In this document: piece by piece, positions 24,023-31,914 of the stretch
Layout: each line of letters opens with the position of its first letter
Numbering within the stretch: position 1 is the stretch's first letter
Assembly: GCA_045647445.1 (NCBI GenBank)
Contig: JAZRMJ010000148.1
Location: forward strand, 1-35,301
Direction of reading: 5' to 3'
Length of the DNA stretch: 35,301 bases
DNA from: Acutalibacteraceae bacterium
GTDB taxonomy: Bacteria; Bacillota; Clostridia; Oscillospirales; Acutalibacteraceae
The notes under the pieces: generated by a model
Told to the model about the DNA's origin: nothing
Databases searched by the model: none
What the model saw: the letters and a program-made list of their open reading frames with translations, nothing else
Translations under genes and position numbers: made by a program

Positions 24023-25177
24023 ATGCTACAGCTTACACCTCCCATGGGATGGAACTCATGGAACACCTTCGGAACCGACATCAGCGAGCAGCTTATTAAA
24101 GACACTGCTGATATGATGGTATCAAGTGGTTTGCTCGATTGTGGCTATAACTATCTTGTTATTGATGACTGCTGGTCACTCAAAGAGAGAGACAAAAACG
24201 GTCGTCTCGTTGCCGACCCCGAAAAGTTTCCAAACGGCATGAAGGCTGTTGCCGACTATGTTCACTCAAAGGGCCTCAAATTCGGTATGTATAGCTGTGC
24301 AGGTATGCTGACCTGTGCAGGTTATCCGTCAAGCTATGAGCATGAGTTTGTCGATGCTGCCACCTTCGCTGAGTGGGGCGTAGACTTCTTAAAATACGAT
24401 TATTGCTTCAAACCCGGCTCAGTCAACGGCGACGTGCTTTATAAGCGAATGGGTGTCGCTCTTGCAAATTGCGGTCGCGATATTCTCTTTAGCGCCTGCT
24501 CATGGGGTGCCGACGAGACTCGCAAATGGATGAAAACAACAGGCGCTCATATGTGGCGCTCAACTCCCGATATTTTCGATAGCTGGAAGTCGCTCAAGGA
24601 GCTTTGCATGATAGCCGACAGATCGGTTAAATACAGCGCCAAAAACTGCTTCTTTGATATGGATATGCTCATCGTTGGCATGCATGGTAAGGGCAATGTA
24701 GGTCTTGCAGGCTGCACCGACGAGGAGTATAGACTTCACTACTCTCTGTGGGCTCTTATGGGCACACCACTTATGATAGGCTGCGATATCAGAGAGATGG
24801 ATGATATCACTCGCGAAACCCTTATGAATAAAGAAGTTATCGCCATCAATCAGGATGCTGCCTGCAATCAGCCCTATTGCATCAACCATGCCGTCACCTA
24901 CGAAGATGACTACACCTGCGAAACCCCCATTTATGCAAAATTGCTTGAAAACGGCGATTTCGCTATCGGTATCTTCAATTACAGCGAGGGCATTCCGTGG
25001 CACTCTGAATATTGCGTGCGCCTTGATATGCTCGGTCTTGCCGAATCAACAGGCAAAACCCTGCTCATGAAGGATTTGTGGACAGGGGAGGAGACCCTCG
25101 TAACCAACGGTGTCTTCAAGACCGAGGTTCAGCCCCACACCTGCAAGCTTTATAGAGCTAAGGTGGTCGACCGATGA
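24023..25177 (+). CDS. Alpha-galactosidase, GH27, with no signal peptide
   Basis: MLQLTPPMGWNSWNTFG...GYNYLVIDDCWS...GLKFGMY...VDFLKYDYC (nucleophile Asp context)...WRSTPDI (acid/base context). A C-terminal beta-sandwich of about 80 aa follows. AGGGGG RBS. Confidence 0.88.
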   Translation: MLQLTPPMGWNSWNTFGTDISEQLIKDTADMMVSSGLLDCGYNYLVIDDCWSLKERDKNGRLVADPEKFPNGMKAVADYVHSKGLKFGMYSCAGMLTCAGYPSSYEHEFVDAATFAEWGVDFLKYDYCFKPGSVNGDVLYKRMGVALANCGRDILFSACSWGADETRKWMKTTGAHMWRSTPDIFDSWKSLKELCMIADRSVKYSAKNCFFDMDMLIVGMHGKGNVGLAGCTDEEYRLHYSLWALMGTPLMIGCDIREMDDITRETLMNKEVIAINQDAACNQPYCINHAVTYEDDYTCETPIYAKLLENGDFAIGIFNYSEGIPWHSEYCVRLDMLGLAESTGKTLLMKDLWTGEETLVTNGVFKTEVQPHTCKLYRAKVVDR

Positions 25178-25389
25178 ATAATCGGTGCTATAAATGCGAT
25201 GCACCCCTTTCAAAGGATGAGATTGCAGTTTATCGCAAAATGGTCGAGCGAAATGCCGACAAATATCTTTGTAAGGTCTGTTTGGCCGATTTTTTCGGCT
25301 GCGCAACAGAGCATATAGATAAAAAGATTGAGCAGTTTAGGCATGTCGGCTGTGTGCTTTTTAGCGATAATGAGCCAAGTTTAGATTAG
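25174..25389 (+). CDS. Small Cys-rich hypothetical protein (71 aa), probable zinc ribbon
   Basis: MNNRCYKCDAPL...KYLCKVCLADFFGC...HVGCVLF contains CxxC, 24 intervening residues, CxxC, and two further Cys. Its ATG overlaps the TGA of GH27 (ATGA at 25174-25177). It ends 10 nt before the next gene. Confidence 0.6.
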   Translation: MNNRCYKCDAPLSKDEIAVYRKMVERNADKYLCKVCLADFFGCATEHIDKKIEQFRHVGCVLFSDNEPSLD

Positions 25390-25399
25390 GAGACAAATA

Positions 25400-27121
25400 A
25401 TGAATTTTGATTTTAAAATTTCAGGTGGCAACGAGGGCGCAAAAATAACCATCGAGCCCATCAAAGAGGGCGAAATCAGCCTTTATAAATTAAATGTGGA
25501 GCTAGCCGAGCAGGCAGTTCCCGAAAAGATTAAGCTTGAGTGGAAGTTCCCCGTTATCGATTGCTACTCAACCTGGTCGCCGGCTATGGATTCAAACCGT
25601 CAGCTTGCACCAAACTGGGGCAAAAGAGCAACTCAATCTCGTCTTGCATCATGGATGCCGTTGCATCAGCTTGTATCACACAGCGATAAAAACAAGATGT
25701 GCGTTGCGCTGTCTGATGCTGCAACCCCCACTCGCATTGCCACAGGCGTTTGCGAGGAGGATGCAAATTTTGATTGCGTTATCGACCTTTTCACAGGGCT
25801 ATGCGCACCCATCAATAGCTATTCAACCATTATCCGTATCGATACAAGAGATATCCCGTTTTATGATGCCGTTTATGATGTTACCACCTGGTGGGAGACC
25901 GACTGTGGCTACACCCCTGCGTTTGTGCCCGAGGCAGCAAGAATGCCGGTTGACTCATTGTGGTATAGCTTTCATCAGCAGCTTAATGCTGACCTTATCG
26001 TTAAAGAGTGCGAGCTTTCAAAGCCTCTTGGCATGGATACCGTCATAATCGACGATGGTTGGCAGACCGACGATAACAACCGCGGCTACGCCTTTTGTGG
26101 TGATTGGGAGGTTGCCCCCAAAAAGATGGGCGATATGAGAGCCCTCTCCGACCGTATCCACGCTGTTGGCATGAAGCTTATGATATGGTATTCTGTGCCT
26201 TTTATCGGTCGCTTCTCAAAAAGATACGAAGAGTTTAAAGATATGCTTTGCAATGATTGGGGTGGAGGTACCTTTGTCTTTGACCCTCGTTATAAGAAGG
26301 TGCGCGACTACCTCGTTGGTCACTACTGCGATGCAGTCAGAGAGTGGAATCTAGATGGTCTAAAGCTCGATTTTATCGACTCCTTCGTGCTATCTAAAGA
26401 GGCTCTCGAGCCCGACCCTCGCAGAGACTACGTTTCGCTCGAAGAGGCGATTGACGCCCTCATGACCGAGGTCAAAGAGAGCCTGACTGCCATTAACCCC
26501 GACATACTTATCGAGTTCAGACAGACCTATATCGGCCCCTCTATTCGCAAGTATGGCAACATGCTTCGAGTTGGAGATTGCCCCAACGATGCCATTTTAA
26601 ATCGCAAAAACATTATTGATATGCGCCTGACCTCAGGTCACACCCCAGTTCATTCCGACATGCTTATGTGGAATTATAACGACCCCGTTGAGGTTGCAGC
26701 ATTGCAAATGGCATCAACCCTTTTCAGCGTGCCTCAGGTGTCGGTGCTTATTGACCACCTAAACGATGAGCATAAGCGTATGGTCAAATTCTATCTCGAT
26801 TTCTGGAGAGCCAATCGAACTACTCTTCTCGACGGCAAGATAACTGCCTCTGCCCCCGCATCGGGCTACAGCAAGGCAGAAGCCACCCTCAACGGCTATC
26901 GCATAACTGCCACCTACACCGACCCCATCGCTATCTTTGATGGTATAGATAGGCTGACTGCCGTCAACTGCTCAAAGAGCGATACCCTTATAATCAAGGG
27001 TGCAAAGGGCAAAAGCTTTAAAACGGTCAACTGCATGGGCGATACCCTTGAGTCAGGCTCAGTTAACTCTGACCTTTTCGAAATTAAAGTTCCCCTTTCA
27101 GGCATGATAACAGTAGAATAA
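25400..27121 (+). CDS. Clan GH-D glycoside hydrolase, GH36-like (putative alpha-galactosidase / alpha-N-acetylgalactosaminidase type); specificity unknown
   Basis: GMDTVIIDDGWQTDDNNRGYAFCGDWEVAPKKMGDMRALSDRIHAVGMKLMIWYSVPFIG is the melibiase DDGW block. LDGLKLDFID is a K-x-D nucleophile-like block. RVGDCPND is a candidate acid/base block. There is no signal peptide. AGGAG RBS. Confidence 0.7.
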   Translation: MNFDFKISGGNEGAKITIEPIKEGEISLYKLNVELAEQAVPEKIKLEWKFPVIDCYSTWSPAMDSNRQLAPNWGKRATQSRLASWMPLHQLVSHSDKNKMCVALSDAATPTRIATGVCEEDANFDCVIDLFTGLCAPINSYSTIIRIDTRDIPFYDAVYDVTTWWETDCGYTPAFVPEAARMPVDSLWYSFHQQLNADLIVKECELSKPLGMDTVIIDDGWQTDDNNRGYAFCGDWEVAPKKMGDMRALSDRIHAVGMKLMIWYSVPFIGRFSKRYEEFKDMLCNDWGGGTFVFDPRYKKVRDYLVGHYCDAVREWNLDGLKLDFIDSFVLSKEALEPDPRRDYVSLEEAIDALMTEVKESLTAINPDILIEFRQTYIGPSIRKYGNMLRVGDCPNDAILNRKNIIDMRLTSGHTPVHSDMLMWNYNDPVEVAALQMASTLFSVPQVSVLIDHLNDEHKRMVKFYLDFWRANRTTLLDGKITASAPASGYSKAEATLNGYRITATYTDPIAIFDGIDRLTAVNCSKSDTLIIKGAKGKSFKTVNCMGDTLESGSVNSDLFEIKVPLSGMITVE

Positions 27122-27125
27122 AATC

Positions 27126-27158
27126 AAAAAGCACACAACAAATAGTTGTGTGCTTTTT
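27126..27158. terminator. Bidirectional rho-independent terminator between the convergent GH36-like gene and hemZ
   Basis: A5, then stem GCACACAAC (27131-27139), loop AAATA, stem GTTGTGTGC (27145-27153), then T5. Confidence 0.85.
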
Positions 27159-27161
27159 AGT

Positions 27162-28613
27162 TTACAGCTTTACCTCATCAAAAAATGGAGCGATACCCTC
27201 TTTGCGGCGAAGTATCTCGTCAAACTGAGATATGTATTCATAAGGATATTTGTAGTTAAAAATGCGCTCAATGGTGTTTTCGCCCTTTTTGAGCTTGGTA
27301 ACACCCGACGCACCACAAGCGAGCACGGTGTGAGTCTCATCCATCATAAAAATGTTGTAAAGGCACTCATATCCCGGCTTTGAATACCCCGTGTTTTCGT
27401 GGTTACCCACCGTCTTTGATTGACGATATAAATAATATGGAATGTAGTCTCTTTTGAGCCTATCAGAGATCATCTCGAGCATTCTGCCGGCCATTTTGCC
27501 CTGCAAAGCATCAGGCATTTGACCACCCGTAGTAAGTCTTGATGAGCGCTTCATAGATAGCGTGTGCACCGTTATGCTCTCAGGGTCGAGAGCCAGCACA
27601 CCGTCGAGAGTGCGAGAGAAAGAGTCTATATCATCCCCCGGCAAGCCTGCAATCAAATCCATGTTGATGTTATTGGCACCACATTCTCTTGCGAGCTTAA
27701 AAGCATCAATGGTCTGCTGAGCAGTGTGACGGCGACCGATATTTTCGAGCACCTTATCGTTGAGGGTCTGTGGATTAATTGAGATGCGAGTTGCACCGCC
27801 CTCTAAAATAGCCCTGATTTTATCGGCATCAATGGTGTCAGGTCTGCCTGCTTCGACGGTGTATTCGGTTGCGCTCGACAGGTCAAAGCTCTGCCCAACA
27901 GCACCCATAACCCTCTTTAGCTGCTCTGCCAAAAGGGTAGTAGGGGTGCCACCCCCAACGTAAACGGTCGAAAGGTTAAGCCCAAGCGAGCGAGCAATCT
28001 CACCCGTAACCTTAAGCTCATCGCACAATAGGTTTACATAATCTTCAATCAACCCCATCGAATGCTCAACCGAGTGGCTCACAAAGGAGCAATAGCTGCA
28101 TCTTGTAGGGCAAAAGGGAATGGAAAAATATAGGCTAAAATCGTTAGGCTTTGATGATGCTATTATCTTTTGCTCATTGTCTGCAGCAGCAGCGCAAAGA
28201 GCGATTTTATCGTCGTTACAAAGTAATTTCTCTGAGAAATAGCGACGAGCGTTTTCTTCGCCCATGCTCTCACTGAGCCTTCTCATGAGCTTTCCGGGTC
28301 GCACACCCGTCAGTATCCCCCAGCCGGGTCTTGTGCCCGTGTATTCGCATAATATATCAAACAGCAGCACAGCCAACTTGCGCTCACATTCATCGCTGTC
28401 AGCGAGCGCACAGTTATCACTTTTAAAGCGCACAAAATCATTCGCCTTAAACTCAAGCCCAAGCAAAGCAGTTTCGCCTTCAGCCTTAACCGAGGCAGTC
28501 ACAAATATGCTGTCATCTTCGTTTTCGGCAGATATCCTCTCGAAGGGGAAAAAGAGTCGGCAAACGTTTTCAAGCTCATATCTGAAGCTGTTGTTAATCG
28601 TAGAAAGTACCAT
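27162..28613 (-). CDS. hemZ: Radical SAM coproporphyrinogen dehydrogenase-like protein HemZ
   Basis: The radical SAM cluster motif YFSIPFCPTRCSYCSF (CxxxCxxC) sits after an N-terminal extension of about 150 aa, which is typical of HemZ. VYVGGGTP and a HemN-like C-terminal region are present. Its start overlaps the upstream MBL gene by 20 nt. Confidence 0.85.
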   Translation of the reverse strand: MVLSTINNSFRYELENVCRLFFPFERISAENEDDSIFVTASVKAEGETALLGLEFKANDFVRFKSDNCALADSDECERKLAVLLFDILCEYTGTRPGWGILTGVRPGKLMRRLSESMGEENARRYFSEKLLCNDDKIALCAAAADNEQKIIASSKPNDFSLYFSIPFCPTRCSYCSFVSHSVEHSMGLIEDYVNLLCDELKVTGEIARSLGLNLSTVYVGGGTPTTLLAEQLKRVMGAVGQSFDLSSATEYTVEAGRPDTIDADKIRAILEGGATRISINPQTLNDKVLENIGRRHTAQQTIDAFKLARECGANNINMDLIAGLPGDDIDSFSRTLDGVLALDPESITVHTLSMKRSSRLTTGGQMPDALQGKMAGRMLEMISDRLKRDYIPYYLYRQSKTVGNHENTGYSKPGYECLYNIFMMDETHTVLACGASGVTKLKKGENTIERIFNYKYPYEYISQFDEILRRKEGIAPFFDEVKL

Positions 28614-29244
28614 TTTTAGCCATCCTTATATATGGATTGGTGTTTACCTCACGCTCAATGGTGGTTACCTCGCCATGACCCGAGCAAATGGTCAAATTAC
28701 CGTCAAGGCTTGCAAGCATAGTGAGGGAGCGAGCCATAGCATCGCTGTCAGCAGTGGGAAAGTCGATTCTTCCCATCGACCCTGCAAAGAGGGTGTCACC
28801 CGTGAAGATGACCCCGTCACCTATAAAGCAAACGCCACCTGCAGTATGACCGGGGGTGTGCAAAACTTTAAGAGTGCTGCCACCAACGTCAATTATATCG
28901 CCGTCATTTAGCAAAATGTCAGGCTCACCCGTCTTTTGCGAGGCGAACATATCGGCGCTAACGTAATAAAACAGACTTGCGTTAGGGTCTTTAAGACCCT
29001 CGGCATCAGCTTTGTGAATAGCAATTTTTGCCCCCGTTTTATCTCTCAGAGGTACGGCAGCCAAAAGATGATCGCTGTGTCTATGAGTGAGCAAAATCAG
29101 TTTGAGCCGCTCATCCAAATTGGCAGCGGCCTCAAAACCATCGGTGCCCTCGTAGCCGGGGTCTATAACGGCGCAGTCGCCGTTATCACCGTATATGATG
29201 TAGGTGTTGCAGCAACTCCACTGCAAAAAAGATTTATATTTCAA
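28594..29244 (-). CDS. MBL-fold metallo-hydrolase (glyoxalase II-like)
   Basis: NTYIIYGDNGDCAVIDPG and LLTHRHSDHLLA (HxHxDH). HTPGHTAGG, and a metal-ligand Asp in FTGDTLF. TTG start (comp 29242-29244) lies 5-6 nt after AAGGTGA. Confidence 0.85.
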   Translation of the reverse strand: MKYKSFLQWSCCNTYIIYGDNGDCAVIDPGYEGTDGFEAAANLDERLKLILLTHRHSDHLLAAVPLRDKTGAKIAIHKADAEGLKDPNASLFYYVSADMFASQKTGEPDILLNDGDIIDVGGSTLKVLHTPGHTAGGVCFIGDGVIFTGDTLFAGSMGRIDFPTADSDAMARSLTMLASLDGNLTICSGHGEVTTIEREVNTNPYIRMAKNGTFYD

Positions 29245-29249
29245 TCAAA

Positions 29250-29705
29250 TCACCTTTTAATTATTTGGTCAGAGTCTAGCATGATGGTCACAGGACCATC
29301 GTTTAATAGGCTGACCTTCATGTCGGCGCCGAAAACGCCACGCTGGGTCTCAACACCTTGGCTTGAGCAGTAGTCGCAAAAATATTCATAAAGGCTGTTT
29401 GCAAGGTCAGGCGCACCTGCCCCCGTGAAGGAGGGGCGGTTACCTTTTTTGCAATCGGCATAAAGGGTGAATTGCGAAACTATAAGCAGCTTGCCGCCGA
29501 TATCGGTAACGCTCTTATTCATCTTGCCCTGCTCATCCTCAAAAACACGCAAACGAATGAGCTTTTGAGCCATCTGCTCGCAGATTGCCTTGTCATCATC
29601 GGGAGCGACACCTAGCAAAACGAGAAATCCGCCATCAATTGAGCCGACAACTTGACCGTCAACCTCAACCGAAGCATTTTTAACTCGCTGAATAAGGCAA
29701 CGCAT
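29250..29705 (-). CDS. dtd: D-aminoacyl-tRNA deacylase
   Basis: MRCLIQRVKNASVEVDGQVVGSIDGGFLVLLGV...LLIVSQFTLYADCKKGNRPSF...NDGPVTIMLDS shows the canonical Dtd motifs (SQFTL, NxGPVT). The ATG shares one nucleotide with the rel stop. Confidence 0.93.
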   Translation of the reverse strand: MRCLIQRVKNASVEVDGQVVGSIDGGFLVLLGVAPDDDKAICEQMAQKLIRLRVFEDEQGKMNKSVTDIGGKLLIVSQFTLYADCKKGNRPSFTGAGAPDLANSLYEYFCDYCSSQGVETQRGVFGADMKVSLLNDGPVTIMLDSDQIIKR

Positions 29706-31891
29706 CAGGTCACCGACCTTTCTACTGAATAAACGTCGGAAATAGCCGACAAACGGTTTATAACCGATTTAAGATGCTCAACACCCTCAACACACACTGT
29801 CAAGTCAATAGCGCAGTTGCCATCCTTAGTCTGACGAGCAGTTAAAGCAGTCATCTTAATTCGCATGTTCATAACGGCTGTGCTGACCTCAACGAGCAGA
29901 CCGTCACGGTCAAAGGCAAGAATTTGAAGGTTGGCGTTAAATGAGCTTGAGCTTTTAACCGACCAACGGGCGGGTATCCATCGACCGGGTTCAGCACAGT
30001 TCGTAATATCCTTAGGCACATTGGTGCATTCACGCTTATGCACTGACACGCCGTGACCACGGGTGATAAAGCCGATAATGGAATCACCGGGCAGGGGGGA
30101 GCAGCATCTTGACAGCTTAACAAGGCAGTTATCTATACCCTCAACTATAATGCCATCGGGTGATGCGCTTTCGTTGCCTGGCTTGATCATGCTTTGAATG
30201 TCGTTTTCACGAGCAGCTTGAGCAGCCTTTTGACGGAATTTATCTTTAATCGACGAAACAAGATTTGAGAATATAAGACCGCCATAACCGATTTTTGCAT
30301 AAAAATCGTCAACAGTGGGGCATTGATAACGCTCTGCAAGATCATGCATAAGCTCGTTATAATCCTGCTCAGAGAGTCTTATGCTGGCCTGACGGAGTGA
30401 GCGTTCGACCTCGTTTCGACCAGTTTCAATGTTTTCGGGTCTCTTCTCTCGCTTAAACCAACTACGGATTTTAGCTCTCGCTTCACTGGTTTTAACAATT
30501 TTAAGCCAATCACGGCTTGGACCTCGGTCGGTCTGCGCGGTGGTTATAATCTCAATAACATCACCTGTTGATATCTGATAATCAAGGGGCACAATGCGAC
30601 CATCCACCTTAGCACCCACCATACGGTTACCAACAGCCGAGTGAATGGCGTATGCAAAGTCGATAACAGTGCTGCCAACAGGCAGACTGATAACATCGCC
30701 CTTAGGTGTAACGCCAAACACGTCCTCAGGTGCGAGGTCGGTTTTGATGGTGCGCACGATTTCGCTAACGTCGTCAACGTCGGTTTGCGATTCAAGAAGC
30801 TGACGAATCCAGGTCAATCTCTCTTCAAAACGCTCGTCACTACCGCTTATGCCTGACTTATATTTCCAATGGGCGGCGATTCCGTATTCGGCGGTGTGGT
30901 GCATATCCCAGGTTCTGATTTGCACCTCAAAGGGCAGCCTCTCACGGCTGATAACGGTGGTGTGAAGCGACTGATAAAGGTTGGATTTTGGGGTGGATAT
31001 ATAATCCTTAAATCTGCCGGGTATGGGCCTGAACATTTCATGCACAAGACCTAAAACGTTGTAGCAGTCGGTCACGGTGTTAACAATAACGCGCACTGCA
31101 TAAACGTCGTAAATTTCTTCAAACTGTTTGTTTTGCATATACATTTTACGGTATATGCCGTGTATCGATTTAACTCGGCCCTCAATAGAAAGGTTGGGTA
31201 TAGAGTCGCCAAGTCGCTCACCAATGCGAGCCTTGATTTTTTTAATAAAGGTCTCGCGATATTCCTTGCTCTTTTCGAGCTGATTCTCAATATCTTTATA
31301 AGCAACGTTATCAAGATAGAATATGGCGAGGTCCTCAAGCTCCTCTTTAACGGCGCGAATACCCAGTCTATGAGCGATGGGCGCATATATTTCGAGGGTC
31401 TCAAGTGATTTTTCAAGCTGTTTTCTGGGCGATTGCGCCTGCATTGTGCGCATGTTGTGCAATCGGTCAGCCAGCTTTATGATAATAACTCTGATATCCT
31501 CTGCCATTGCAATGAGCATTTTTCTAACGTTTTCAGCCTGTTGCTCCTCGCGTGAGGCAGTGTCAACCTTGCCCAGCTTTGTAACACCCTCAACCAGCAG
31601 CGCAACGCTCTCGCCAAACTCACGGCGCACATCGTCAGTGGTCATGGGGGTATCCTCAACAGCATCGTGCAGCAGAGCAGCCTCAACCGACTCGCTATCC
31701 ATACCGAGCGATATAACTATCTCGGCAACCTTGAGTGGGTGCCAATAATACTCCTCACCTGAGAGCCTGAATTGACCCTCGTGAGCGGCTTTTGCAATGT
31801 TAAATGCTTTTTCAATGGTGGCGGTGTCATAACTGCCACTTTGCTTTTTCATTGCATTTAATAGCAATTCCATTCCGTTATCGAGCGTCAA
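29705..31891 (-). CDS. relA: Bifunctional (p)ppGpp synthetase/hydrolase, RelA/SpoT (Rel) family
   Basis: HD hydrolase domain (HPLKVAEIV...LHDAVEDT). Synthetase domain (YRKMY...DVYAVRVIV...YQSLHTTV...EVQIRTWDMH). TGS and ACT regions follow. Probable TTG start (comp 31889-31891) lies 8 nt after GGGGG. An alternative ATG lies 18 nt downstream. Confidence 0.93.
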   Translation of the reverse strand: MTLDNGMELLLNAMKKQSGSYDTATIEKAFNIAKAAHEGQFRLSGEEYYWHPLKVAEIVISLGMDSESVEAALLHDAVEDTPMTTDDVRREFGESVALLVEGVTKLGKVDTASREEQQAENVRKMLIAMAEDIRVIIIKLADRLHNMRTMQAQSPRKQLEKSLETLEIYAPIAHRLGIRAVKEELEDLAIFYLDNVAYKDIENQLEKSKEYRETFIKKIKARIGERLGDSIPNLSIEGRVKSIHGIYRKMYMQNKQFEEIYDVYAVRVIVNTVTDCYNVLGLVHEMFRPIPGRFKDYISTPKSNLYQSLHTTVISRERLPFEVQIRTWDMHHTAEYGIAAHWKYKSGISGSDERFEERLTWIRQLLESQTDVDDVSEIVRTIKTDLAPEDVFGVTPKGDVISLPVGSTVIDFAYAIHSAVGNRMVGAKVDGRIVPLDYQISTGDVIEIITTAQTDRGPSRDWLKIVKTSEARAKIRSWFKREKRPENIETGRNEVERSLRQASIRLSEQDYNELMHDLAERYQCPTVDDFYAKIGYGGLIFSNLVSSIKDKFRQKAAQAARENDIQSMIKPGNESASPDGIIVEGIDNCLVKLSRCCSPLPGDSIIGFITRGHGVSVHKRECTNVPKDITNCAEPGRWIPARWSVKSSSSFNANLQILAFDRDGLLVEVSTAVMNMRIKMTALTARQTKDGNCAIDLTVCVEGVEHLKSVINRLSAISDVYSVERSVT

Positions 31892-31914
31892 AACCGTTGC
31901 CCCCTTTCGTTAAA

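Noticed and set aside
24560-25003. 147-aa ORF antisense to GH27
   Set aside because: It has no RBS or motifs, and it lies opposite a well-supported GH27 coding frame.
25536-26048. 170-aa same-strand alternate-frame ORF inside the GH36-like gene
   Set aside because: Its composition (Leu/Ser/Pro/Arg/Cys-rich) is typical of an off-frame read. It has no RBS. The main frame carries the conserved DDGW block across this very region.
28264-28911. 215-aa plus-strand ORF spanning the hemZ / MBL junction
   Set aside because: It is antisense to two genes with unambiguous catalytic motifs. Its product is Ser/Leu/Pro-rich and of low complexity, which is typical of the reverse frame of a coding region. 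It has no RBS.
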